From Bugula neritina (Eukaryota; Animalia; Bryozoa), in contig OZ037766.1 in the NCBI GenBank assembly GCA_964035545.1, positions 17,199,081 to 17,263,080 of the forward strand: a stretch of 64,000 bases of DNA, read 5' to 3'. Each line of letters opens with the position of its first letter. Position 1 is the first letter of the stretch. The position numbers and the translations under genes were made by a program. Below are positions 63,947 to 64,000 of the stretch, in pieces. Below the pieces are notes generated by a model. The model saw only the letters and a list, made by a program, of their open reading frames with translations. It did not search any database and was not told the origin of the DNA.

Positions 63947-64000
63947 CTAAAAGGTGCGAGAACACTAATTATGAGCAAAGTTGGGTAACTCCAAATAGCT

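Overview
AT-rich eukaryotic (invertebrate animal-type) genomic DNA with GT-AG spliceosomal introns; nothing here looks prokaryotic. Host genes all lie on the minus strand. They are the 5' part of CPSF6/CFIm68 (1-4939) and a tandem array of three NRF-6/O-acyltransferase-like (NRF domain + Acyl_transf_3) paralogs: copy A 7221-38238 (13 coding exons, ~703 aa), copy B 47698-56702 (13 coding exons, ~747 aa) and the last three exons of copy C (62611-63946). Intron 6 of copy A is ~24 kb (137 bp in copy B). It is packed with decayed, partly nested transposons: BEL/Pao, Academ-like, two Gypsy elements, an L1/Tx1-like LINE, ISL2EU, an R2-clade element outside rDNA, a PIF/Harbinger with TIRs/TSD and an intact MADF-BESS gene, and a Kolobok-type MITE. 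Between copies A and B, an 890-bp (GT)n tract is fused to a Penelope-like (Naiad-type) pseudo-LTR carrying a hammerhead ribozyme motif. It is followed by a perfect 94-bp inverted repeat encoding a minimal hammerhead on each strand. One exon of copies A and B is 189/190 identical, suggesting gene conversion. All calls come from manual reading and translation; no database search was run.
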